Positions 52,473 to 64,000 of a stretch of 64,000 nt of DNA are shown here, piece after piece. Positions within the stretch are counted from its first letter, which is position 1. The number at the start of each line of letters is the position of its first letter. The position numbers and the translations under genes are program-made. The stretch comes from the human T2T-CHM13v2.0 reference genome, Homo sapiens. The stretch lies in NCBI RefSeq assembly GCF_009914755.1, contig NC_060927.1; one strand, given 5' to 3'. A model generated the notes under the pieces. The model was not told the DNA's origin, did not search any database, and saw nothing but the letters and a program-made list of their open reading frames with translations.

Positions 52473-53620
52473 TCGAGATAAGTTTTGTGTACAGGAGCCA
52501 AGAACTTGTGAATACAAAGATAATAATTATTCCAACATTCATTATGATTTTGGACCAATTCCTTAATTTCTCCACCCCTGAGGATTTACAGCCTAATGAT
52601 TAGCTTTCCCAACTATAAAATTATGGGGCTTGTCAAGTATTATACAGCTAATAGTTGAATGGTAATATTTGCCTATCTGCCTCAAGAGTAAAATGAAAGA
52701 ATTAATTATTCAGAGTTTGTGGACACATACAGTGATGAATCTAAAAGGAGCAAAGGGAGAGAAATTTATAAAGAAACATTCTTTATCTGAATATATTAAT
52801 GGTTTTTGAATATATATTGCTTCCACTAAATCCATTTACTCTTTCACATTTCTTCACTTTATTTTATTCAGGTGTCTGTGCCTTACAATAAAAGGGGAGA
52901 GGGGTTTTGTTAAAATTTTCATTGCAATTTACTTTTCCCAATTTCACTGCAGTTATTTAAAAAGATCCACCGACAAAAGAGGTTCAGTGTTAGAGATTCA
53001 TTAATTCAACTTTTCAGACAAAAGCAACATTTTTCATAAATGGCCTAGGGCCATTAATAAGTAACAATCCACTACTTTCTAGAAGGAACCAGAAATGTAA
53101 AAGTGATTTTCAGATAAACTGGTTTAAAGCTAATTAGATCTCCCAAATAACCCCCAAATTGTGAGTGAGCACAAAGAATTTCATTTAAATTAAAATTATT
53201 TGTAAAAGTCAGTTTAAGAAACTACAAACAGAAGAAGGAAAGTGTCATTGGATTCATATATAGTTTACTAAAGTTGTGAAATACATTCACTTATTATATA
53301 ATTTGCCTTGGTTTTATAACATTTTGTACGTTATTTGTAATATTAGTTTAAACAATATAAAGAGACACCTCCTAAGAGGTAACATTTTTTAAAAGGCTGA
53401 CTCTGGAATTTCAGGGAGAAATAACTATTTGGTGCAATTCTACTGAATTGGCAGTAGTTGTGTTTTCATCTGATACACTTAGTTTAAAATATTATATGAC
53501 AGCCAAGTGTTAAAAAGATTAAATCCTTGTGACAGAAAATGTACTCATCTGTGCTTCTAAGCAATAATTTTAGCTATAAAATCGAAGCCAAGAATTCAAG
53601 ACTTAAGATGTAACATTGCC

Positions 53621-53921
53621 TTTTTTTTTTTTTTTTGACAGATTCTCACTCTGTGACCCAGGCTAGAGTGCAGTGGTGACATTACAGCTCACTGCAGCCC
53701 TGATCTCCCCCAGCTGGGCCTCAGGTGATACTCCCATATTAGCCTCCTGAGTAGCTGAGACTACAGGCACATGCCACCATGCCTGGCTAATTTTTTTATT
53801 TTGTAGAGACGGGGTTTCCTCATGTTGCCCATGCTGGTCTTAAACTCCTGGGCTCAAGCTATCTGCCTGCCTTTGCCTCAAAAAGTGCTGGGATTATAGG
53901 CCTGAGCCACCATGCCTGGCC
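53621..53921 (-). mobile_element. AluJ
   Basis: Poly-T then Alu body with J-type AGCTCACTGCAGCC and CTCCTGGGCTCAAGC; TSD TAACATTGCC at 53611-53620 and 53922-53931. Confidence 0.94.
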
Positions 53922-54223
53922 TAACATTGCCATTTTGAAGAAAAAAATATTTTCTCTCTTAAAGCAGAAAAGTTCAATATAAAACAATTAAGGAAAGATA
54001 TATAATTTCATTATCAGTGGGTGTATGTGATGCTCACGTAAGAGATCATTTACCTGGTTGAGCCAATTAGTTCAGTGACTAAATATTAATTGAGTGCTCA
54101 AAATATAGCAAGCACTATTAGGGATAGAGATGTGAGGCCTGGTTGCCAGTTATGGCCAATCCCTTGGGAGGCACCAGGAGATCATTAATATAGTGTGTTC
54201 ATTACAATGAATATCATCTAACT

Positions 54224-54536
54224 CTTTTTTTGACTTTTATTTTAAGTTCAGGGGTACAAGTGCAGGTTTGTGAGATAGGTAAGCTTATGTCATGGGGTTT
54301 TGTTGTACAGATTATTTCGTCACCCAGGTGCTAAGCCTAGTACCCCTAGTTATTTTTCCTGATCCTTTCCTTTCTCCCACCCTCCACCTTTTGATAGGCA
54401 CCAGTGTGTGTTGTTCCCCTCTATGTGTGCATGTGTTCTCATCATTTAGCTTCCACTTATAACTGAGAACATGTGGTATTTGGTTTTCTGTTCCTGCATT
54501 AGTCTGCTAAGGATAATGGTCTTCAGCTCCATCCAT
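54224..54536 (-). mobile_element. Older L1PA (PA13-16-like) 3' fragment
   Basis: GTTCAGGGGTACAAGTGCAGG...GAGAACATGTGGTATTTGG; TSD core TCTAACT at 54217-54223 and 54537-54543. Confidence 0.88.
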
Positions 54537-55879
54537 TCTAACTTTTTTAAAACAATTCCTAAAGAAGTTGTTTAACTTGGGACTTTAGAAGAATAGCAAA
54601 AAGAAATTAATTGAGAAAAATAAAATACGACAGTATAAACACAATTATAAATTAAATTTAAAATATCAATGAGTTATTACTAAATATGAATTTACATTTA
54701 TCCATTTCTTAACTCCCTGTTCTTCGTTCATTTCTAGGGCACTGATAAAGCCCCAGTCACAGGAAGTTATTGTCATTTCTCTATCCAGGTTTGGATCCTG
54801 ATCCTGCAACTAGTTCTCTTATTCTTAACTTCAAGTGCTTCTTATTCCAAATTCAAGGATACTCAACAAGTACTTTCTGAACAGCCAACATGCTCCAGAC
54901 ACTGTGCTGTCCTCAGACTCAAATTGCACTATGCTTTCCTGAGTTTCCTGATCTACAATATTGTTCATGCCAGACTCACCAATTTTTCAAAATATTGCCA
55001 TATTTTGAAATAACAGTTGTAGAAAACACTTTCTCTCTCTGCAAATATTCTAGGCTATCATGATAGATATAAATGTGGGGTTTTTCTTTGTGTGTTTATC
55101 TTATCTATAAGAGCATAGCAACAGCTGTTAATTTTTGTTATATTAATATTTCCCTCTCCTCATTCCATCTTGACCTAGTACTCAATATTTTAGTCCAGCC
55201 CTTCTGCTTCCCTCTCTCCTTTACCTCTCCTCCATCCCCCTGACCCCACTCCATCCCTTCACATCCACTACCATAGACAGATTCCTGCCAGATGGATCCA
55301 ATGGCTCTAGGCCCGGCCCTGTCACCCTCCTTCAGGAAAGAGCAAAGAGCTTTAGAGCTGCAGCTTAATCAAGTTCTTATGCAATGAGACAGCATTATTC
55401 TCTCATGACTATTATGTATAGGTTCCACTTAACAGCTTTAAAAATACTAAATCAATGCAACTTTATCTTAGGATGGCAATCACCTTCAACTTTCACCTTA
55501 AAATCAAAACTTTTATAATGGCCTAAAGCCCATGTCACTAAATGGAAAGATATGAAGAGCCAAGGAAGATAAAATCTGCAAATTTAGCACATAAAATGGA
55601 TTACTATGAAGTGGTGCCAAATGTCTATGCATTATGTGTTACAAATTAGAAAGGAGCCTTTTCCAATAAACTCATCTTGAGTAGGTTGGGAATAACTAAG
55701 AAATAATAAGGAAAGGAACATGTGACTTGAAATAAAGGTTCAATTCAGAGTAGTTTGGAGGTTATTTTTTGTCTTCTTCTTTTAAAAACACATTTAAACC
55801 TAGAGTAGCAAACCCTGACATGAACTAATCACTGCCTTCAATTATTCAGTTGTCCAAAAAAGAGAGCATAATTTACTGT

Positions 55880-56120
55880 TTTGTTCAAAAGATATTTATT
55901 GAACATTTTGTTAACCTGTGTTGGGCTGTAGAAACACAGTAATGAAGCAGATGCAGACTCTGCCCCTGAACTGTGTTCACCTTTTATGAGTTTGAGAGTA
56001 AGGGAAGCATGGAATGCTAGAAGAATCACTGGAAGAAGCATTCAATCCAGCCTTGGAGCTTTACCTGGTGTTTCCCAGAGGAGATAATATCTAAGCTAAA
56101 TCCTGAACGATGACAAGGAA
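55880..56120 (-). mobile_element. L2 3' relic
   Basis: TTCAAAAGATATTTATTGAACA...CAGAGGAGATAATATCTAAGCTAAATCCTGAA. Confidence 0.55.
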
Positions 56121-56547
56121 ATACATTAATTCTATTTTTAGATCTTTGTTATTATACAACCTTAACAGCGTTTCCCAGATATTTTAATGTGGAAATAAGA
56201 AGGTAAATAAAACAGTTCTTTTCTTTTCATCATCATCACCCTGATCAGTCAGCCCTAGCCACTTTCTTTTTCTTCCTCCAAAAATAGGAGCAAGAAAGAA
56301 AGATAAATTAGGGGAGAAGTTTGGAAGTTTCTTGAATAGCTTTCTGGAGCAGATTATACCTACCTATAGAGGAACTTTGTACTAGACACACACCCACACA
56401 CAAACAAACACACAAACACCTTATTAATAGTCGAATGCCCAGAAACTCACAAAGCTAATATAAAGAAGAGGAATTGAAAATTAAAATTGACCACTGAGGT
56501 CTGTAAGAGAATTATGTAAATGAATCATTGATCTCACAAATACAGGC

Positions 56548-57516
56548 TGTGATAGTTAATTTTATGTGTCAGCCTGACTGGATGCCCAGACATCTGGTTA
56601 AACATTATTCTGGGTGTGTATATGAGGGTGGTTTTTGGTGAGATTAACATTTGCATTGGTAGACTGAATAAAGCAGATTGCCCTCGCTAATGTGAGTGGC
56701 CCTCATCCAATCTGTTGAAGGTTTGAACAGAACAAAAGGCTCAGAAAGGGAGAACTCACTCTCTGCCTCACTGTCTTCAAGCTGAGACACAATACAATCT
56801 GACTCTTCTCCTGCTTTCAGGCATGGACTTGCACTGCTTGGACTGGAACTTACACCAACAGCTCTACTGGTTCTGAGGATTTCAGACTTTAACTTGGACT
56901 AAAACTACACTGTTGGCTCTCCTGGGTCTCCAACTTAACTACTGCATATCCTAGTACCCCTCAGCTTCCATAATAAGAAATCTCTCTCTCTCTATCTATA
57001 GATGTATATCTATTGCTAGATCTCTATCTATATTGATGTAGAGATACAGATATTGATCCATATCTATCTAGATAGATCTATATCTATACCTATATCTATA
57101 TCTATTTATCCACCCAGAATACATTCCAAGACCCTCAGTGAATGCCTGAAACCATGGATAGGATAGTACCAAACCCTACATATGTTTGTATCTACATGTT
57201 CATACAATACACTGTGGATATGCTAGATAAAGGAATGATTCACATCCTTGGTGGGACATAGCAGGACAGTGAAAGATTTTATCACACTACTTAGAATGGC
57301 ACACAGTTTAAAGCTTATGAACTGCTTAGTTCTGGAATTTTTTATTTAATATTTTCAGACCACAGTTGACCTCTGGTGACTGAAACTATGGGTAACTGAA
57401 ACTGTGGAAAGTGAAACTGTGGATAACAGGGGACTACTATACATACAAACACACATATATGGATCTATATCTATATCCTATTCATTCTATTTCTCCAAAG
57501 AACCCAGGTTAATATA
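56548..57516 (+). mobile_element. MLT2 (ERVL) 5' LTR interrupted by MER44
   Basis: TGTGATAGTTAATTTTATGTGTCAGCCTGACTG start; GAATAAAGCAGATTGCCCTC; end GAACCCAGGTTAATATA. Confidence 0.88.
57105..57438 (-). mobile_element. MER44A-like (Tigger7) DNA transposon
   Basis: TTCCAAGACCCTCAGTGAATGCCTGAAACC; TIR end GTGGATAACAGGGGACTACTA. Confidence 0.8.
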
Positions 57517-58410
57517 GATTTGGGTACCAAGAGTGGCTCCAGAGGAACAGAATTTTAAGAATAAGTTTTCTCAATTGGGTTTGGGATTTCTGGCATTGGC
57601 TCTCTCACCTGATTAAAGACACTAATGACTTTATTGCCAGAAATAAAGAGAGTACTTATAGTCTACGGTGTGATCTGGCACTAGAGATATGCAAAATATC
57701 TCCAATACATATTCCTATTTAAGAAGCAAGGAAGGAGTGACTGTGTACATGATACTTTTGAACATGTCTGGAAAAGTAACAAATATAATAAGAGATTAAC
57801 TGGCTGCTCCTAATATCACTGGACAGTGGTAAAAGCCCTACCACCCTCTGCAGATAACTCCTCTTCTTTTGAGAAATAACTCTTGGCCTGCTACTGAGCC
57901 TTAGTAGAGACTGAATACTTAACCATGGGCCACCAAATTACCATGTGAACTGAGCTGTCTATCATTCCTGGGTATTATCTCACCCACCAAGCCACAAAGT
58001 TGGGTATATACGTCAACATCCATCATCAAATGGAAGTGATACATAGAGAATAGGGCTAGAGCAAGTTGTGGGGGCACAAATAAGCTACATAAAGAAGTGA
58101 CCCAAATTCCTCATTGTCCCTACTCCTGCTATACTGGCTTCTCTCCTTCAGGATGTACCTATGGCTTTATATGGTGTATCCTACGATTAGTTGACAGAGA
58201 AGGAGAAGACTTGGCCTGGTTTGAGATGGTTCTGCATGATATGCAGGCACCATGTGAAAGTGAACAATTGTAGCACAATAGTCCCTTTTTCAGACATCTC
58301 CAAAAGACAGTGGAGAGGAGTAATCCCAGTGGGAAGGACTTTGGGCAGTGCACCTGGTTGTTCACTTTGCTTGGAAGGAGAAATGGCCACCTGAAATGAG
58401 GCAGTACAAG
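57517..58410 (+). mobile_element. ERVL internal remnant (leader/gag start joined to pol connection/RNase H)
   Basis: PBS-like TGGGTACCAAGAGTGG directly after the LTR; 57850-58050 translates with lesions to SADN..FEK.LLACY*ALVETEYLTMGHQIT; GVSYD*LTEKEKT. Confidence 0.8.
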
Positions 58411-58579
58411 ATGTTGCCACCACTCACCCCCATTCTCCTGTGAAAATGCTTTATGTACAAACCAAACCTAATCATCTTCCTCCAAAAACCTACTATTCCT
58501 ATCATTTACCCTATTTTTATAAGTTATTAAGAGCTTACTATGTGCAGGCACAGTTCTGGGCAGTGCGGACAGAGCAATA

Positions 58580-58920
58580 TATTAGAGTAGGCTAGCTGAT
58601 ATAACCAAAAAGTCCAAATTTCAGTGGCTTAAATTACAAATATCTCTTAATATCACAATATAATAAAATTCAATGTGGCAGGATGGTGGGGGCTGGAGGC
58701 AGCTTTATTTGTACTGTAATTTAGAGACACAGACTTCTTCCCTTTAGTGGCTCTCACATCCCTATGACTGGAAGAGGAGGAAAGAGAAAAATTAAGGAGA
58801 ATTTTCAGAAGATTCTCGCATGTCTTCACCCAACTGAAAAGGAGGCTGGAAAATGTAATCCAGAGTTCCCAGGAAGAAGAGAAGACAGGTGTGGGGCACA
58901 TCTAGCCAATGTCTGTAACC
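58580..58920 (-). mobile_element. Old MLT1-type LTR relic inside L2 debris
   Basis: CCAAATTTCAGTGGCTTAA ... GGAGGCTGGAAAATGTAATC. Confidence 0.5.
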
Positions 58921-59074
58921 AGTCATAAACAAAACAAAGCTCTTACATGTAGCTTAAACTCTAGTGTGGAGAGAAAAAACAAAGAAAATATACGACATTA
59001 TATCAGAGAGTGATGAGTGCTACAAAGAGAATAATCCAGCATAAGGGAACAGGAGAGAAAGCCAGGAAGTTATA

Positions 59075-59612
59075 TTGCATTTCATCAATTCTAAGAACAT
59101 TTTCCCCCCACATTTTAACATCTGTGAAATTGGGATGCATCTTAAAAAATTATCATGTAATTGATTAACCGGCAGCATTTTGCTTTCTTAGTGGTACCCA
59201 AAATAATGGTGCATCTTACTGGCATATTATCTTAGTCTGTTTGGACAGTTATAACAACTCTAATACCAAAAACTGAGTGACATATATACAACCAAAAATT
59301 TATTTCTCACACTTCTGGAGGCTAGGAGGTTCAAGATCAAAGTGCCAGTAAAGTCAGTGTCTGGTGGGGGCTCACCTCCTGGTTCATAGACAGCTGTCTT
59401 TTCACTGTAATCTCATATAGGGAGGGAATGAGGTGGTCTCTCTCAGGCCTCCTTTATAAAAGTACTAATATCATTCATTAACACTATACTCTCATGACCT
59501 AGTCATGTCTCAAAGGCTCCACCTCCCAATATAATCCCATTGGGAATTATAATTTCAACATATGAATTTGGGGGAACACAAACATTTAGATCATAGCACA
59601 TATGAAATGAGA
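59075..59612. mobile_element. MER104-like (TcMar-Tc2) DNA element split by an LTR
   Basis: ATTTCATCAATTCTAAG...CACATTTTAACATCTGTGAAATTGGGATGCATCTTA; opposite TIR remnant ATGAAAT after the LTR. Confidence 0.6.
59228..59598 (-). mobile_element. MSTD/MLT1A-like solo LTR
   Basis: TATCTTAGTCTGTTTG ... CATTTAGATCATAGCA; perfect TSD CATAT at 59223-59227 and 59599-59603. Confidence 0.9.
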
Positions 59613-60738
59613 TATTTTATATAGGGTCATCAGGAAAGCCCTTTCTGCAATGGCATATCATCAGAGATCTGAGTGACAAGAGGGAGCTAACCACATTAAT
59701 AGTTGGGGGCTGAGAACCCTGAGCAGAAGATATAGCTAGAGCAACTGTCACAGAAGGCAGCATGCTTGGGATGTTCAGGGAAGAGCAAAGATGCTAAGGG
59801 TGAGAGGAGCAGGTGAGGTTGAGAATGGTAGAAGGTGAGGCTAAGAAAGTAAGCAGGTGACATAACCTCCCACGAATTATTTTACTTAACTAAGACTCAG
59901 TTCTGAACCATGAAATAAAGATAATAACATCTACTTCATGTGTATGTCCGAGGATTAAGTAATGACACAGTGAAGGAAACAGGAACAGATATGGCACAGA
60001 CATCCCGCTCCCCGACTTCCCTTCCTTATCCTTTGTGAGGACCAATCCAGCAATCTTTGAACAGAGTAGTAACAATAACACATTAAGGCTTCTCTAATAT
60101 AATCTTAGGCTTTATATTTTAAGCTTTTAATGTAAATCCTCATCTTTTCAACCATGTTGCCTTCTATTAACTAACAAAAGCTGTACTTACAATCTTATGG
60201 GCCATTTTCTCACAACAAATCCTCAAACGAAGGCTCTCTAAGTGCCAAATTTAGACATCTTATTTTATTTTTCAATAAAGCTCAATTCTATTTTTCAAAG
60301 ATGAAGCACTCACTTTTTATTTTGCATTTACCATATCTGGAAACTTGACAAAAGGAGAAGAAGGAGATGGGTGACAAATGGGAGAAAATTACAAAATCTT
60401 GAAAGGCTCTTCTATTTCTGTTTAAAATTGTATCCCCATCTCCTCAAGCTTCATTGTAGCACCCCAATTTAGTCTTCTCTTTTCAGTTTTCATTTTAATT
60501 CACTAAAAAAAAAAGTTTTGGTTCTAAAATTCTAGCCAAGTACGCTCCTGATGAAATGAAACTGAAACTTGGGCCAGTGACCTGCGTAGTTAAATGAATT
60601 TGTTGCATTTTTTTCTCTGAGATATTTAGGCCTAATTCCAAACACTAGGTCACATTTAAATATTACCTTGGTTATATCATTTCTAGAGATATAAATTTTT
60701 TATACATTTATAAGGAGTAACATAAGCACTAACACCTA

Positions 60739-62124
<1,386 letters not shown>

Positions 62125-62689
62125 AAAAAAATCACCATTGTTTCTATTTAAGAAAGTCCAAAGAGATCCTCTATGAATGTCTATTTACTCACTCATTCTA
62201 TTATTCATTACAAATGTATACTGAGTGCTGATGTATACAAAGAATACAAATAGAAAACAATGCTACTACCTCCAGGAAAATGGTAATCTAGCATTCATTC
62301 ACCAAAAATGTTTTGTGCCATGAATTGTACTAGGGCTTTAGGAATATAATGCCTGAATGAAACATGATAACTGATCTCAAATATCTCACAGCTAGTAGAA
62401 AAAAACATTTATAGATGGTTAGAATGCAGTTTTATTTATACAAAATGAATGCATAAAGTATGGAGAAAAAGAGTAATGCATTTTCAACTGTCCTTTTGTT
62501 CTATAATGAAAAGTGTCTAGAATATTTTTTTAAAAATTTGTAATCCTAATCATAAGGAAAGTTTTAACTGAACTAAAATTAAAAGGGTAAAACAATTTCA
62601 TAGCTCTTTCTTCTGCACTTTTCATGAATGAGATGATTAAACTGTAGATGAATCTGTCCTGATCATATAAGAAGCAGGAAATGAAAATG

Positions 62690-62862
62690 CTGCATTGGGT
62701 CAGAGGCTTGGAGGCAGGAAGTCAGGAACCCCAACCTGACTTAGTCAGGTTTAATCACTGTGTGTCCACTGGCACGCTGTCAAACCCCTTAATTTCTGTG
62801 CCTGTAAAACAAGGCAGTTAGACTAAATGATGTTTAAGGCTCTTTCCATTTACATTATCTTC
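62690..62862 (+). mobile_element. MIR3-like relic
   Basis: CTGTAAAACAAGGCAGTTAGACTAAATGATGTTTAAGGCTCTTTCCA. Confidence 0.55.
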
Positions 62863-64000
62863 TCACTCTCAGGTTGTGTCAGTACTGAGAAGGGGTTAGC
62901 TACAGGAAGGCTTATGTGTCCTATTAGATCAGTCCTTACATCAACATGATGACTTTTTATAAGTTGATTATAAAAGATGAAGCTACGCACATCTCTGTGC
63001 ACAAATGGTCTATCTTATAAGTTTATTCATCTGATAAGAGTCCTGTAATTTGCCTCACTAACCTGCTTTGTTAGGTTCTTTATGAAAAGAGTTAGAGCTA
63101 TTGGAATATGTAGGAATCTCTGCATGAAGTAAATCTTTAGGATAAATTATGCATTAGAAAAAAAAAATCAACTTAGTCTATGATCACAGGCCAAAATATC
63201 AAATTCAAGTTCAATGACATTACTGCCTTTTGACATGACTCATCATAAATCATGAGTAAATTTATGAATCAACTGGACATCAAATTGAAAGAACATTTGA
63301 CTGACTGTCTTCACAAATGAGTGTTTAAGATTTACATTCCAAGTATTCCAATGGAGGCCCAGGTTTATTTCAGACACAGACATCCCACTCTGATAAAGGA
63401 ATCATCTGATTATGATAGTCTAATAAAAAGACCAAAAGTTGTACTTATTCCTTTCCCAAGCTCTTTTCCTATTTCCCATTTTACTTGAATTATTCATTTA
63501 CAAAACCAGATTTTAAAATACATTACTACACTTTTCTCAACAAACTATCAAACGTTTCTGTGAGATACATTTATAAAAATGTTTATAAACAAAATTATTG
63601 CAATAAAATTTGCTAAAAATTCTGTTTTATGAAGAGACACAAAAATTTGAAACCCTTAAAAAATCATACTGGCATTTATCTGGTTTTCCTAATTGGACTT
63701 AGATTTTAGACAAAGAAATGCAATATTATAACAGCAACTGGACAAAAGAAAGCACTTAAGTTCTTGTCCTAACAATGCCCCAAATCTAACGATTACAGAG
63801 TGAGTTCTACAGTCGTTTAAAACACAGTCCATAGAGAAGTATACATGTATGTTAATAACAAATGACTGGTCAATTTAATACTAAACTATTTTCATGATAT
63901 GCTGAACAGCCCAGTAGATGAGATTCTTGTTTCTTACTTTAACATGGTCAGTTTCAGAAGGATACTATTGGCAATGAAGAGAAAATTATTTCAAGCAATG

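Noticed and set aside
57062-57077. 16-bp palindrome ATCTATCTAGATAGAT
   Set aside because: A by-product of the TCTA/TAGA low-complexity tract in the MLT2 LTR.
62733-62751. Perfect 9-bp-arm palindrome AACCTGACT-T-AGTCAGGTT
   Set aside because: About 0.25 such cases are expected per spacer length in 64 kb, and it lies in MIR debris.
63940-64000. Stop-free stretch at the window end as a coding exon
   Set aside because: Too short, weak acceptor context and an unrecognised peptide.

Overview
This is AT-rich, CpG-poor primate (human-like) genomic DNA with no recognisable host protein-coding gene, RNA gene or CpG island, consistent with intergenic or deep-intronic sequence. It is dominated by interspersed repeats. 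About a third is LINE-1, including a full-length but inactivated L1PA at 22498-28676, a near-full-length old L1MC-like copy on the minus strand, and two 5'-inverted L1s. There are also about eight Alu/FLAM pieces, many solo LTRs (THE1, MSTA, MLT1, LTR16- and LTR47-like), an MLT2/ERVL remnant, L2/MIR relics and small DNA transposons. The ORFs with recognisable homology in the supplied track are L1/ERVL fragments or Alu read-through; the rest look like chance ORFs. I found no convincing undescribed biological system. The most notable items are structural: an open, extended antisense ORF0 in the full-length L1; a twin-primed L1 with an apparent 26-nt 3' transduction; a ~13.7-kb nested insertion stack inside one old hAT element; an Alu whose A-tail is replaced by a G-rich tract; and a template-switch-like hairpin. 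Subfamily names come from recalled consensus sequences and need RepeatMasker/Dfam confirmation; boundaries of old repeats are approximate.
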